The translations under genes and the position numbers were made by a program. A model generated the notes under the pieces. The model was not told where the DNA came from and did no database searches. It saw nothing but the letters and a program-made list of their open reading frames with translations. From Bdellovibrionales bacterium (lineage in GTDB: Bacteria > Bdellovibrionota > Bdellovibrionia > Bdellovibrionales > JAUICD01), in assembly GCA_965262715.1 (NCBI GenBank), contig OZ253553.1, positions 832,001 to 896,000 on the forward strand: 64,000 nt of DNA, written 5' to 3'. Positions 29,235-38,784 of the stretch are shown in pieces; within the stretch, counting starts at the first letter, position 1, and each line of letters begins with the position of its first letter.

Positions 29235-30010
29235 TTTTTGGCATCTTTTGGAAGACCACAAGTTTCTCGTTCTTTTTCAGATAGATCCCAATAAAACTCT
29301 TCAATAGCCTTTTTTTCCTCAATAGAAATTTTATGAGCTTCTAGAAGGTGAGGTCTGCGAAAAAATGTTCTTAAAGTAGCTATTTTTCTCTCCCAGTCAG
29401 CGATTTCCTGATGATGGCCACTCAACAATACTTCAGGAACAGATCGCCTATTAAATACTCTAGGACGGGTGAACTGTGGTGGCTCTAAAAGTCCTTTTTC
29501 ATCGAAAGAATCTTTCTGTGAAGATACTTGATTGCCTAAAATTCCATGTTGCAACCGGACAATAACATCAATGACAACCATAGCAGCTAGTTCTCCACCG
29601 CTTAGAATATAGTTTCCAATAGACAATTCAATATCTATATCATCACAAATAACTCTTTCATCGATTCCTCCATAACGACCACAAATTAATATGAGTTGAT
29701 TTTTTTCGCTCAAGTCTCTAGCTAAGTCTTGAGTGAGAAGATGGCCTTGAGGACTCAAATAAATAGAAAGAGATTTAGGATGCCTTTTTATAGACCTGAT
29801 GGCCTTTGACAAAGGCTCTGGTCGATAAATCATTCCGTCACTACCTCCAAATGGGCGGTCATCTACCTGTTTGTATTTTTTGTCAGAAAATTGACGCAAA
29901 TCTATAGGATTTAGACAAATTTTATTGTCTAAAATTGCTTGCCCCACAATTCCTTTAAAGGCTGTTGACACAAAGATGTCTGGAAAAATTGTGACTATGT
30001 CAAGTTGCAA
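29216..30010 (-). CDS. trmD: tRNA (guanine37-N1)-methyltransferase
   Basis: VDDRPFGG, YLSPQG, CGRYGGIDER, SIGNYILSGGE, VPEVLLSGHH. Confidence 0.97.
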   Translation of the reverse strand: MQLDIVTIFPDIFVSTAFKGIVGQAILDNKICLNPIDLRQFSDKKYKQVDDRPFGGSDGMIYRPEPLSKAIRSIKRHPKSLSIYLSPQGHLLTQDLARDLSEKNQLILICGRYGGIDERVICDDIDIELSIGNYILSGGELAAMVVIDVIVRLQHGILGNQVSSQKDSFDEKGLLEPPQFTRPRVFNRRSVPEVLLSGHHQEIADWERKIATLRTFFRRPHLLEAHKISIEEKKAIEEFYWDLSEKERETCGLPKDAKKLFPSK

Positions 30011-30677
30011 AAAGATTCGCCTTTTTTCTGCCTTTGAAAGATTTATTTTTTGAAAGAAGGAGATTTTTCATGTTTTTATTTGGTATTTCATCTAAAAGAC
30101 CTTCTGGCAAATCCATGTAGACGTGTTGAGCTTGCCAGTCAATTTGAACTAGAAACTCTCTTACAAAAGGAATATCATAAATGTATCCATCTTTTTTGAC
30201 TTGAATGAGGTCTTGATGGCCATTAGAAGAAAAACTAACAATAGGTCCTATTTGATGGCCTAAATTGATCACTATAAAATTCTTAAGTTCAATGAGGTAA
30301 ATTTCTTCGCCTGATTGACTGGTAAAGCTAGATATAGGAACACTTACAAAAGCCCCATGCCACTTTTCAGCTTCTGAGCGGTCATCACAACCTTGAAATT
30401 TTACAATATAGCCTTCTTTGTGATTTCTAAAATAGTCAATATTAAAAGTAGAACTCAATTCTGCTTTCAAATTTACAATAGATTGAGGAGATTTGCCCTG
30501 TATTAAAGCATTTGTTTTCCTGTCTTTTATTAAAGTAAGTTCAGAGAGGTTATAAATCCATTTGGCCTGTCGAGTAAAAGGAAGAATAAATAGCTCTCCT
30601 TTGATACCATAAGCTCCTTTTACTTTGGCAAGTCTTATACTCTCTTTAAATTTGTTATTTGTTCTTGTCATTAGCAA
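30000..30677 (-). CDS. rimM: 16S rRNA processing protein
   Basis: GAYGIKGEL, DDRSEAE, GEEIY, IPFV..DLPEGLL; overlaps the trmD start. Confidence 0.9.
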   Translation of the reverse strand: MLMTRTNNKFKESIRLAKVKGAYGIKGELFILPFTRQAKWIYNLSELTLIKDRKTNALIQGKSPQSIVNLKAELSSTFNIDYFRNHKEGYIVKFQGCDDRSEAEKWHGAFVSVPISSFTSQSGEEIYLIELKNFIVINLGHQIGPIVSFSSNGHQDLIQVKKDGYIYDIPFVREFLVQIDWQAQHVYMDLPEGLLDEIPNKNMKNLLLSKNKSFKGRKKANLFAT

Positions 30678-30934
30678 TATCTTTCATTATAAGTTAGTTA
30701 TATTGAGTAACTTTGTATCCATTTTGAATCAAATAAAGGCCTTGTATTGTTAAGTTTATTTGTAATCCATAATTTTCTATGTTATTTGTCAACCATTTAT
30801 AATACAATAAAGACAAAATGTTATGACCATATCTTAATGTGTGAGTTTCTCTTATATTTACCTAAGAGGGATGCATTTTACATACAAATGTTATAATTTA
30901 CAAACTTAAAAGCTACAAAGCTATAAATAAATAG

Positions 30935-33784
30935 GTGATCCTTATGTCTGAAAAATTCAAATCCCAAGCTTCTTCACCTGACGAAGTTGAAAAGTCTGTG
31001 TTAGAAACACAAAAAGGTAAATCTCACCGCAAAAGTAACATCAATTTTACATGGAAAAAAGGTCTTTTTTACTTTTCTACCGTAGGTTTGATCTCTATAT
31101 GTTTAGTATTGGTTTTAGTGGCTCTTTACATATTTTTTCTTTCTACCACTCTACCTCATCTTGTCACGGCAGACGCTTATAAACCTCGTCTTGTTTCTGA
31201 AGTTTTTGATATAAATGGTGAAAAAATTGGAGAATTTTTCAGAGAAAAGCGTAAGCTTATTGCGATTAAAGATATTCCTGAAAAACTCATGCAAGCCTTT
31301 ATAGCAGCAGAAGATGCTAGATTTTATGAACATCAAGGCATCAATTATCTAGCTATTTTAAGGGCTTTTATGGTGAATTTAAGAGAAGGCCGTAAAGTAC
31401 AGGGAGGGTCAACAATCACTCAGCAAGTGGCTAGATCCTTACTGCTAACCCGTGAAAAAACCTATACTCGTAAACTCAAAGAAGTTCTACTGGCCTACAA
31501 AATGGAGGCCCATCTCACAAAAGAAGAAATTCTTTATCTTTATCTCAATCAGATATATCTAGGATCTGGAGTTTATGGAGTTGTGGTAGCTGCTGAAGTT
31601 TACTTTCGCAAAGACATTAAAGATTTGGCTTTAGAGGAGATAGCTATTTTAGCAGGTCTACCTCAAGCACCTAGCCGTTATTCTCCTATTATCAACCCTA
31701 AAGCGGCTAAAAATCGCCAAAAGTATGTTCTTGAGCGTATGGAAGACCAAGAATTTATTTCTAAAGAAGAAAAAGAAGAAGCACTTCAAAAAAATGTTAA
31801 AGTTTATTTTCGTAAAAATTATGAACAAGCTGCTCCTTACTATGTAGAAACTATCCGTCAGCAACTTGTCAAAGAATTAGGAGAAGATACTGTATTGGAC
31901 CAAGGCGTAAAAGTTTATACAACTATGAATCTTAAAAGGCAGATCATTGCTCAAAAAAGTCTTAAAGCAGGGTTAAGGCAGATTGATAAGAGACAGGGTT
32001 ATAGAGGAGCTAAAAACCATCTTGAAACTCCTGAGCAAATAGATCAATTCTTATTAGAGACACAAAAATCTTTGATGGATGATAAGAATCCTTCACATAC
32101 TATCAATAGTTTAGGTGAAGCTCAAAAAGAGTCCCAATTGCCCTTGCCAGCACCTTTAGTACAAAAAGATACCAATATTCCAAATTATATTGAAAAAGGT
32201 GAGATTGTAAAAGGGGTTGTTAGCCAAATCGATGATAGATGGGGTCTTGTCACTGTACATTTTCCGGAATCAAAAGGACTCATTGATATAGAAAGCATGA
32301 AATGGGCTGCGCCTCCTGATCCAAATGTGCATTGGAGATTTAGAAACATCACTAAACCATCGCAAGCGTTAAAAACTGGGGATGTTATTGAAATAAAGGT
32401 AGTAGATGAAGCCTTTCGTTCTACAAGGCTAGATCAGCTAGGAGCAAAATCTAAGAAATTGCTAGCTCAAAAATACACTTTTGAAGAAGTTACTCTTTTA
32501 GAGTTAGAACAGGAACCTTTAGTACAAGGAGCTTTGATTTCTTTTGACTTAAAAACAGAAAATCTCACTGCTATGGTCGGTGGCCGTAATTTTCAACAAT
32601 CAAAATTCAATAGAGCTATTCAAGCACTTAGACAATCTGGTTCTTCTTTTAAGCCGATTATTTATTTGAGCGCTTTAGATAAAGGCTTTAAACCAAATAG
32701 TGTTATCAATGACTCTCCTATTGTTTATAAAGAGGAGGCATCGGATAAGACAGATGAACCATTTACATGGAGACCTGGCAATTATTCAGCTCGTTTTGGA
32801 GGAGATATTCTACTAAGAAATGCTCTCAAACAATCTAAGAATATCCCTACTGTTAAAATTTTAGAGAAAATAGGTGTTGGATGGGTTGCCCAATATGCAA
32901 AACGTTTAGGAATTTTTCATCCTTTAAATATGGATTTGAGTCTCGGCTTGGGTTCTAGTAGTGTGACCCTTTATGAAATGACAAAAGTCTTTGCTCACTT
33001 TGCAAGATTGGGCAAAAAGATATCTCCATTAACTATCGATAAAGTAGAAGATATGAGAGGAGAAATTATCTTAGGACAAGTTTCTATGGATCAAAGATTC
33101 AAGGATCAGTTAGTGGAACTCGATAATCAATTTGCTTTAGAACGTATAGAGTTTTTAAGTCCACTTTACACAGGTAATGACGACATTTTAGATCAAGAGT
33201 TCGAAAGTATAGATAAAATAGCAAAAGCACCTGAGATTGATGTAAGTAGCCAAGTAACTCAACCTTTAATTTTCTTTGAAGATTCTGAGCAATTGATTGT
33301 ACCTCAGACGGCCTATTTAATAACTTCTCTTTTAAAGGCTGTAGTGGAAGAGTCAGGTGGAACAGGGGCAAGGGCTAGAAGTCTTGGCCGAACATCTGCT
33401 GGAAAAACAGGCACAACAAATGGCTATTTTGATGCATGGTATGTGGGATACACGCCTCAATTTGTTACAGGTGTCTGGATTGGTTTTGATGATGAAAGGA
33501 CTTTAGGAAGAGGAGAAACAGGAAGTTCAGCAGCTCTGCCAATTTGGTTAGAATATATGAAGCAAATCCATGAAGATATGCCAAAAGAAGAGTTTATAGT
33601 TCCTGATCAGATTGTTTTTGCCAATATTGATAATGAAACAGGTTACTTAGCTTCTGCATCTTCAAAAAATGTTGTCATGCAAGCTTTTTTAGAAGGAACT
33701 CAACCAACATTAAATACAGAAGACTCCATTCAATCACAAGAAAGGCATACTGCAGATTTTTATAAAGAGGACTTATCAGAATGA
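30935..33784 (+). CDS. mrcA: Penicillin-binding protein 1A (bifunctional transglycosylase/transpeptidase)
   Basis: AEDARFYEH, GGSTITQQ, RKLKE; SSFK, SKN and KTGT motifs. Confidence 0.93.
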   Translation: MILMSEKFKSQASSPDEVEKSVLETQKGKSHRKSNINFTWKKGLFYFSTVGLISICLVLVLVALYIFFLSTTLPHLVTADAYKPRLVSEVFDINGEKIGEFFREKRKLIAIKDIPEKLMQAFIAAEDARFYEHQGINYLAILRAFMVNLREGRKVQGGSTITQQVARSLLLTREKTYTRKLKEVLLAYKMEAHLTKEEILYLYLNQIYLGSGVYGVVVAAEVYFRKDIKDLALEEIAILAGLPQAPSRYSPIINPKAAKNRQKYVLERMEDQEFISKEEKEEALQKNVKVYFRKNYEQAAPYYVETIRQQLVKELGEDTVLDQGVKVYTTMNLKRQIIAQKSLKAGLRQIDKRQGYRGAKNHLETPEQIDQFLLETQKSLMDDKNPSHTINSLGEAQKESQLPLPAPLVQKDTNIPNYIEKGEIVKGVVSQIDDRWGLVTVHFPESKGLIDIESMKWAAPPDPNVHWRFRNITKPSQALKTGDVIEIKVVDEAFRSTRLDQLGAKSKKLLAQKYTFEEVTLLELEQEPLVQGALISFDLKTENLTAMVGGRNFQQSKFNRAIQALRQSGSSFKPIIYLSALDKGFKPNSVINDSPIVYKEEASDKTDEPFTWRPGNYSARFGGDILLRNALKQSKNIPTVKILEKIGVGWVAQYAKRLGIFHPLNMDLSLGLGSSSVTLYEMTKVFAHFARLGKKISPLTIDKVEDMRGEIILGQVSMDQRFKDQLVELDNQFALERIEFLSPLYTGNDDILDQEFESIDKIAKAPEIDVSSQVTQPLIFFEDSEQLIVPQTAYLITSLLKAVVEESGGTGARARSLGRTSAGKTGTTNGYFDAWYVGYTPQFVTGVWIGFDDERTLGRGETGSSAALPIWLEYMKQIHEDMPKEEFIVPDQIVFANIDNETGYLASASSKNVVMQAFLEGTQPTLNTEDSIQSQERHTADFYKEDLSE

Positions 33785-36576
33785 AGTCCATTCAGTTAAG
33801 GGGTGTTAATCAAAATAATTTAAAAAATATCAATGTGAATTTTCCTTTAGGAGATATAACTGTTGTTTGTGGTCCTAGTGGTAGTGGTAAAAGCTCTTTA
33901 GCTTTTGAAACATTATATGCCAAGGGACAGAGAGAATATATCAACAGTCTTTCAAGTTATGTAAGGCAATTTTTAGATAGGTCTCCTCAACCAGATGTGG
34001 ATGATGTGAAGAATATCCCTCCTGCTATTGCTATTGAGCAAAACAATCATGTAACAACAAGCCGTTCTACAGTAGGTACTTTAACAGAAATTATTGATTA
34101 CTTACGATTGTTATTTGCAAATATAGGCACTCCTATTTGCTTAGAGCATGGTGTTCCTATTGTGGCAGATACTGTGACAAGCGCAACGAATCAAGTGGTT
34201 AAAATATTTAATGGTCAAAGAGGTTATATATTATCAGGTGTTATGAAAGAGTTTATAAACAGTCATCCAGATTTATTGCAATTTCTCTTAAAATCTGGAT
34301 ACACTCGTATTTTTTATAAACAAGAAGTGATAAAAGTTCAACCTAAAATGAGCTTACCTAAGGACGACTTTGAGATTATCATTGATCGCACAGGTTTTAG
34401 CTTAGAGGATAAGGGTCGTATTGCAGATTCTATTGCACAAGCTTATTCTGTTTTTAATCACCTTAATATGTGCAAAAAAGCAAAGGCAAGAGTTATCACA
34501 ACAGATGGGCAAGAACTTAAGTTGAGTGAAAGTCCAATTTGTCGACAGTGTGGTTTTGCTCTGCCTCCTATCACTCATCAGCTTTTTAATTTTTCTAGTC
34601 CTTTAGGAGTGTGTCGAAAATGTGAAGGTGCAGGACGTTTATTGAAGTTCGATAGGAATAAGATTATCCCTAGTCCTAATCTCTCGTTACTACAAGATGC
34701 TATACACCCTATTTCAGTGCCTTTTTTAAGGTATGAACGTAAAGATTTTCTTAAGACATGCGTGAATCACTATAATATTGATGTAAATATACCTTGGAAT
34801 CAGATATCAGAGGAAAAGCAATCATTAGTGTGGGATGGAAAGGGTCGATATCCAGGCCTAATAGAATACCTTGAACTATGCGCAAAATATCGGCAAGACG
34901 CTAGATCATCACATTTTATTCGATCTTATCAAAGCTACATTGTTTGTAAAGAATGTGAGGGAAGTCGGCTGCGCAAAGAGGCTAATGCTGTAAGGATTAA
35001 GAAGAAAACAATCACAGAAATTTGCAGTTGGACTTTAGAAGACGCACTGTCTTTTTTTGAAAATTTATCTCATGAAAAGGCAGAAAAAATAAGGGTTGTT
35101 TCAGAAGTTCTACAGCAAATAACTTCAAGGTTGCGTTTTTTATGTGATGTAGGTGTTAATTACTTAACTTTAGATCGTCTTACAAAAACTCTCTCTGCAG
35201 GTGAATATCAGAGAGTTCATTTAGCTCATCAGCTGGGTAAGTCCCTCTCTCAGACTCTATATGTTCTAGATGAACCTACTGTAGGATTGCATCCGAAAGA
35301 TAATGAACGATTGATTAAGATTTTAAATCAGCTTAGAGACCTAGGAAATACTCTTGTTGTTGTTGAGCATGATAAAGGTATCATTAATAATAGTCATTAT
35401 ATTGTAGAAATGGGGCCAGGCGCAGGTCAAGAAGGAGGGACTGTTGTATTCTCAGGTAAGACAAAGGATTTTCTGAAAACTTCTACTCTGACAGCTCAAG
35501 CTATAAAGTCAAAAAATATCTTCTATAAAAAGTCCAACCAAGAAAACACATCTTTAAAATTTGATACTCCTTTTATGAAAATAACAGGTTGTTCAGGACA
35601 TAATTTAAAATCTATTGATGCAAAAATTCCTCTTAATAACTTGGTTGCTGTCACAGGTGTTAGTGGTTCTGGCAAATCTTCTCTATTGAAGGGCACACTC
35701 TATCCAGCTCTTGTAAATTCTTTAAAAGATAGTAATGAACAAAACATGGATGTTTTGCCTTATAAATCTCTAAAAATTCCTGACAACACTATTGAGGATG
35801 TTCTTTTTGTGGATCAAAGCCCTATTGGAGGCACATGGAGAAGTTATCCAGCCACTTATCTAAAAATTTATGATCGTATTCGGATATTGATGGCTTCTAC
35901 TCCAGAAGCTAGAAAAAGAAATTATGATGCAAGCTTTTTTAGTCTCATGACAGATTCTGGAGGACGTTGTCCTTATTGCCAGGGTGAAGGATTTGAAACT
36001 ATTGATATGGCCTTTGTAGATGATGTGAAATTGATCTGTGAGTATTGTAATGGTGAAAGGTTTCAAAAAGAAGTTTTTGATGTTATTTATAAAGGGAAAA
36101 ATATTAATGAAATATTAAGCCTTACAGTTTCAGAAGCTGCAGAGTTTTTTAAAGACATTCCTTCTATTTATAAAGTACTTGTTTTTTTAAAAGAAATTGG
36201 TTTGGAATATTTATGTATCGGACAAAGTACAAAGAGTTTAAGTGGAGGTGAATCTCAAAGGTTAAAATTAACAAGACAAATTCTTCATGTTAAAAAAGAT
36301 GCATCTCTTTATATTTTAGATGAACCGACAACAGGTCTACATCCTAGAGAAGTTGAAATGCTAGTTTTAATTATCAGAAAGCTTATAAAAAAAGGAGGTA
36401 GTGTTATTATTATTGAGCACAATATAGATCTTATTAAAGAAGCAGATTATGTGGTAGAATTGGGCCCTGGAGGTGGTAAAAAGGGGGGAGAGATTATGTT
36501 TCAAGGACCTACTCAATTGCTATGTCAGAATACAAAATGCGCTACAGCCCCTTATTTAAAGTCCTACTTTATGTAG
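33781..36576 (+). CDS. uvrA: Excinuclease ABC subunit A (UvrA family, possibly a paralog)
   Basis: GPSGSGKSSLAF, Zn fingers, two ABC cassettes with LDEPT; ATGA overlap with PBP1A. Confidence 0.88.
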   Translation: MKSIQLRGVNQNNLKNINVNFPLGDITVVCGPSGSGKSSLAFETLYAKGQREYINSLSSYVRQFLDRSPQPDVDDVKNIPPAIAIEQNNHVTTSRSTVGTLTEIIDYLRLLFANIGTPICLEHGVPIVADTVTSATNQVVKIFNGQRGYILSGVMKEFINSHPDLLQFLLKSGYTRIFYKQEVIKVQPKMSLPKDDFEIIIDRTGFSLEDKGRIADSIAQAYSVFNHLNMCKKAKARVITTDGQELKLSESPICRQCGFALPPITHQLFNFSSPLGVCRKCEGAGRLLKFDRNKIIPSPNLSLLQDAIHPISVPFLRYERKDFLKTCVNHYNIDVNIPWNQISEEKQSLVWDGKGRYPGLIEYLELCAKYRQDARSSHFIRSYQSYIVCKECEGSRLRKEANAVRIKKKTITEICSWTLEDALSFFENLSHEKAEKIRVVSEVLQQITSRLRFLCDVGVNYLTLDRLTKTLSAGEYQRVHLAHQLGKSLSQTLYVLDEPTVGLHPKDNERLIKILNQLRDLGNTLVVVEHDKGIINNSHYIVEMGPGAGQEGGTVVFSGKTKDFLKTSTLTAQAIKSKNIFYKKSNQENTSLKFDTPFMKITGCSGHNLKSIDAKIPLNNLVAVTGVSGSGKSSLLKGTLYPALVNSLKDSNEQNMDVLPYKSLKIPDNTIEDVLFVDQSPIGGTWRSYPATYLKIYDRIRILMASTPEARKRNYDASFFSLMTDSGGRCPYCQGEGFETIDMAFVDDVKLICEYCNGERFQKEVFDVIYKGKNINEILSLTVSEAAEFFKDIPSIYKVLVFLKEIGLEYLCIGQSTKSLSGGESQRLKLTRQILHVKKDASLYILDEPTTGLHPREVEMLVLIIRKLIKKGGSVIIIEHNIDLIKEADYVVELGPGGGKKGGEIMFQGPTQLLCQNTKCATAPYLKSYFM

Positions 36577-36670
36577 AATTCATCTAAGCCTATCGTTTTT
36601 TAGAATTTACATATAGGTTTATCTTTAGCAATAGCTGAAACTTTTTGAAAGTTGATTTATAACTATGAAT

Positions 36671-37012
36671 GGCCTTGTTGCACAAACATCAAGTTTATGT
36701 GCTAGAGATTTGTGACAGGCTTCTTCACTAGCAAACAGGCAACCCTCGTGCCTTGTATTTCTGTTATTCTATAATTTTATTATACGTAACTTCAAATCGC
36801 ATTGTTTATAAAACGATCACTGATAAAGAGAAAGGCAATGAGATGAAGCTATCAGAGCTTGATCTTAAAGAGGGTTACATCGTCCCTGTTTTTTTGAACT
36901 CACTTGATTTTCAAGTCCGTGTCATGAAAAAGGTTTTCACAAACGAAAATGGACATCAAGGGACTCTCTAATTTTTATAGACATATTCCCTAAATCTTTG
37001 TGCAACAAGACC
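36671..37012. mobile_element. Non-autonomous 342-bp derivative bounded by IS903-group ends
   Basis: ggccttgttgcacaaac...atctttgtgcaacaagacc match both ends of IS 44735-46051; no target duplication seen. Confidence 0.75.
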
Positions 37013-37041
37013 GTTTAGAGTTAGAAATTAAAGAAAACAAC

Positions 37042-37230
37042 ATTTGGGTATTTGGCAAATTTCAAATTATCTAAGCCCATAAGCTTTAGTTACAGTTTTC
37101 AAATAGAAGAATTGAACACAAATGGTAATAGGGAAATTCTTTTCTTGTGTTTTTTCTTACTAAAAAGAAAATATAAGGAGTTATTTTCAAAAAAGGCACA
37201 TATTGTATCAATTTGCAACGGTCCTGGACT
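37042..37230. repeat. 189-bp direct repeat (left target duplication of IS1634 element 2); partner at 40507-40695
   Basis: Same sequence on both sides, abutting the TIRs. Confidence 0.93.
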
Positions 37231-37579
37231 CCTGAGTTTGACACTTAATTTGAATTTTCGTGATATTTTTTTCAAGGAATGTTGTATTTATAGTCATTAG
37301 CGGTTATTGTGTTTGTATTTTGGTCAAAAAGTGTAGTGTACTTATTTATCATACACTACGCGTCATATACCTTATTTTCTTTTATTTTTTATATTTTTCT
37401 TGTAATGTATTTTTATGTTCATAAGGTCTACAAGAAATCCGAGAAGGGACATATATTATCATCTTGTTGAGAGCTACAGATTAGGTTCTCAAGTGAAGCA
37501 AAGGATTCTAATGTCTTTAGGTAAAGCCGCGGATAAGGAAGTTAACTTGAAGAAGCTTCTAGAAGTTGAGGTGTACCCT

Positions 37580-38362
37580 TTATTTGGAGGATCCGTTCCA
37601 TATTTTACTCACTTCTGAGATTCCCATTGTTGTTAATTCTCCTGTTTTCCATTTAGCTTCAAATTCATTAGGTGATAAGTAACCTAATGAAGAATGTCGC
37701 CTTTTTTTATTATACATACCTTCGATAAACTTTGGAATACTTCTTAATACATCTTCAAAAGTTTTATATTCACACAGATGAACCTCTTCTCGTTTTAAAG
37801 AGCTAAAGAAAGATTCAACAAATGCATTATCCCAACAATTGGCTTTTCTCGACATACTGATCTTAAAGCCTTTTTCTTTAAGCTTGTAGGTATAATCTTT
37901 ACTGGTGTATTGCACACCTTGATCACTATGATGAATACATCCTTTAGTATCTGATCTCTGCTCTAAACTCATCTCTAAAGCTCCTAAACAAAGCTCTGTG
38001 TTGATCTCTCTAGAAATAGCCCACCCTACAATCTTCCTTGAAAAAATATCTAAAATCACTGCTAAAAAAACAAAACCATCTTGAATCCTAATGTATGTGA
38101 TATCTGTTACCCAAAGCTGGTTGGGTCTATTCACTTCAATGCCAAAAGTTAAATTCGGATAAACTCGATTTGAATGTTTAGAATCCGTGGTTGAAACCTT
38201 AAAACCTTTGTAAATCAAAGCCTTTAAACCGTATTTCCGCATAATGCGAGCAATCCTCTTGTGGTTGGCTTTAATACTCTTCTCTTGCTCAAGTTCCAAT
38301 TGAATACGACGTATTCCATACATCGGGTATTTACACTGTATCCTCTCAATCTGCTCTTTCAA
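37580..38362 (-). CDS. IS3 transposase OrfB (integrase-core DDE); frame extends upstream to the A7 slippery site at 38527-38533
   Basis: WVTDITYI, HHSDQGVQY, DNAFVESFF..LKRE. Confidence 0.93.
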   Translation of the reverse strand: MKEQIERIQCKYPMYGIRRIQLELEQEKSIKANHKRIARIMRKYGLKALIYKGFKVSTTDSKHSNRVYPNLTFGIEVNRPNQLWVTDITYIRIQDGFVFLAVILDIFSRKIVGWAISREINTELCLGALEMSLEQRSDTKGCIHHSDQGVQYTSKDYTYKLKEKGFKISMSRKANCWDNAFVESFFSSLKREEVHLCEYKTFEDVLRSIPKFIEGMYNKKRRHSSLGYLSPNEFEAKWKTGELTTMGISEVSKIWNGSSK

Positions 38363-38433
38363 ATCAAAATCCCTTTGCTCTCGCTCTTGCTGTGAAATCT
38401 TTCTCTTGTAATAGTAGCTACTTAAAGGTAACC

Positions 38434-38784
38434 CTAACGCTTTACACGTTTTTGAAATTGATCCAAATTCTTTCCAGTGATTACCGACGATCCTACGCTT
38501 TTCCTCTGTTGAAGCTCCTTTTTGGCTTTTTTTAAAAACTCGTTTTCTAAGCTGAGCTGTCCTACCTTTGCCTGAAGAGCATATATTTGTCTCTCTAGAG
38601 ATCTCTCCCTTGATGAAGGGTTTCCCAAAGGTGTCCCTTGTTGATACTTCTTAAACCACTCTAAGACTGTTTGGCGATGAAGTTGATGCTCCCGGCAAAT
38701 CTCTAACAAAGATCTGCCTTCATGCATCGATTTACAAATAGCTTCCTTAAATTCAACATTAAATCGTCTTCTTACTTTGCCCAT
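38434..38784 (-). CDS. IS3 transposase OrfA (HTH plus leucine zipper)
   Basis: RRRFNVEFK, ENEFLKKA; TTA-AAA-AAA-G slippery site whose -1 frame is open into OrfB. Confidence 0.92.
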   Translation of the reverse strand: MGKVRRRFNVEFKEAICKSMHEGRSLLEICREHQLHRQTVLEWFKKYQQGTPLGNPSSRERSLERQIYALQAKVGQLSLENEFLKKAKKELQQRKSVGSSVITGKNLDQFQKRVKR

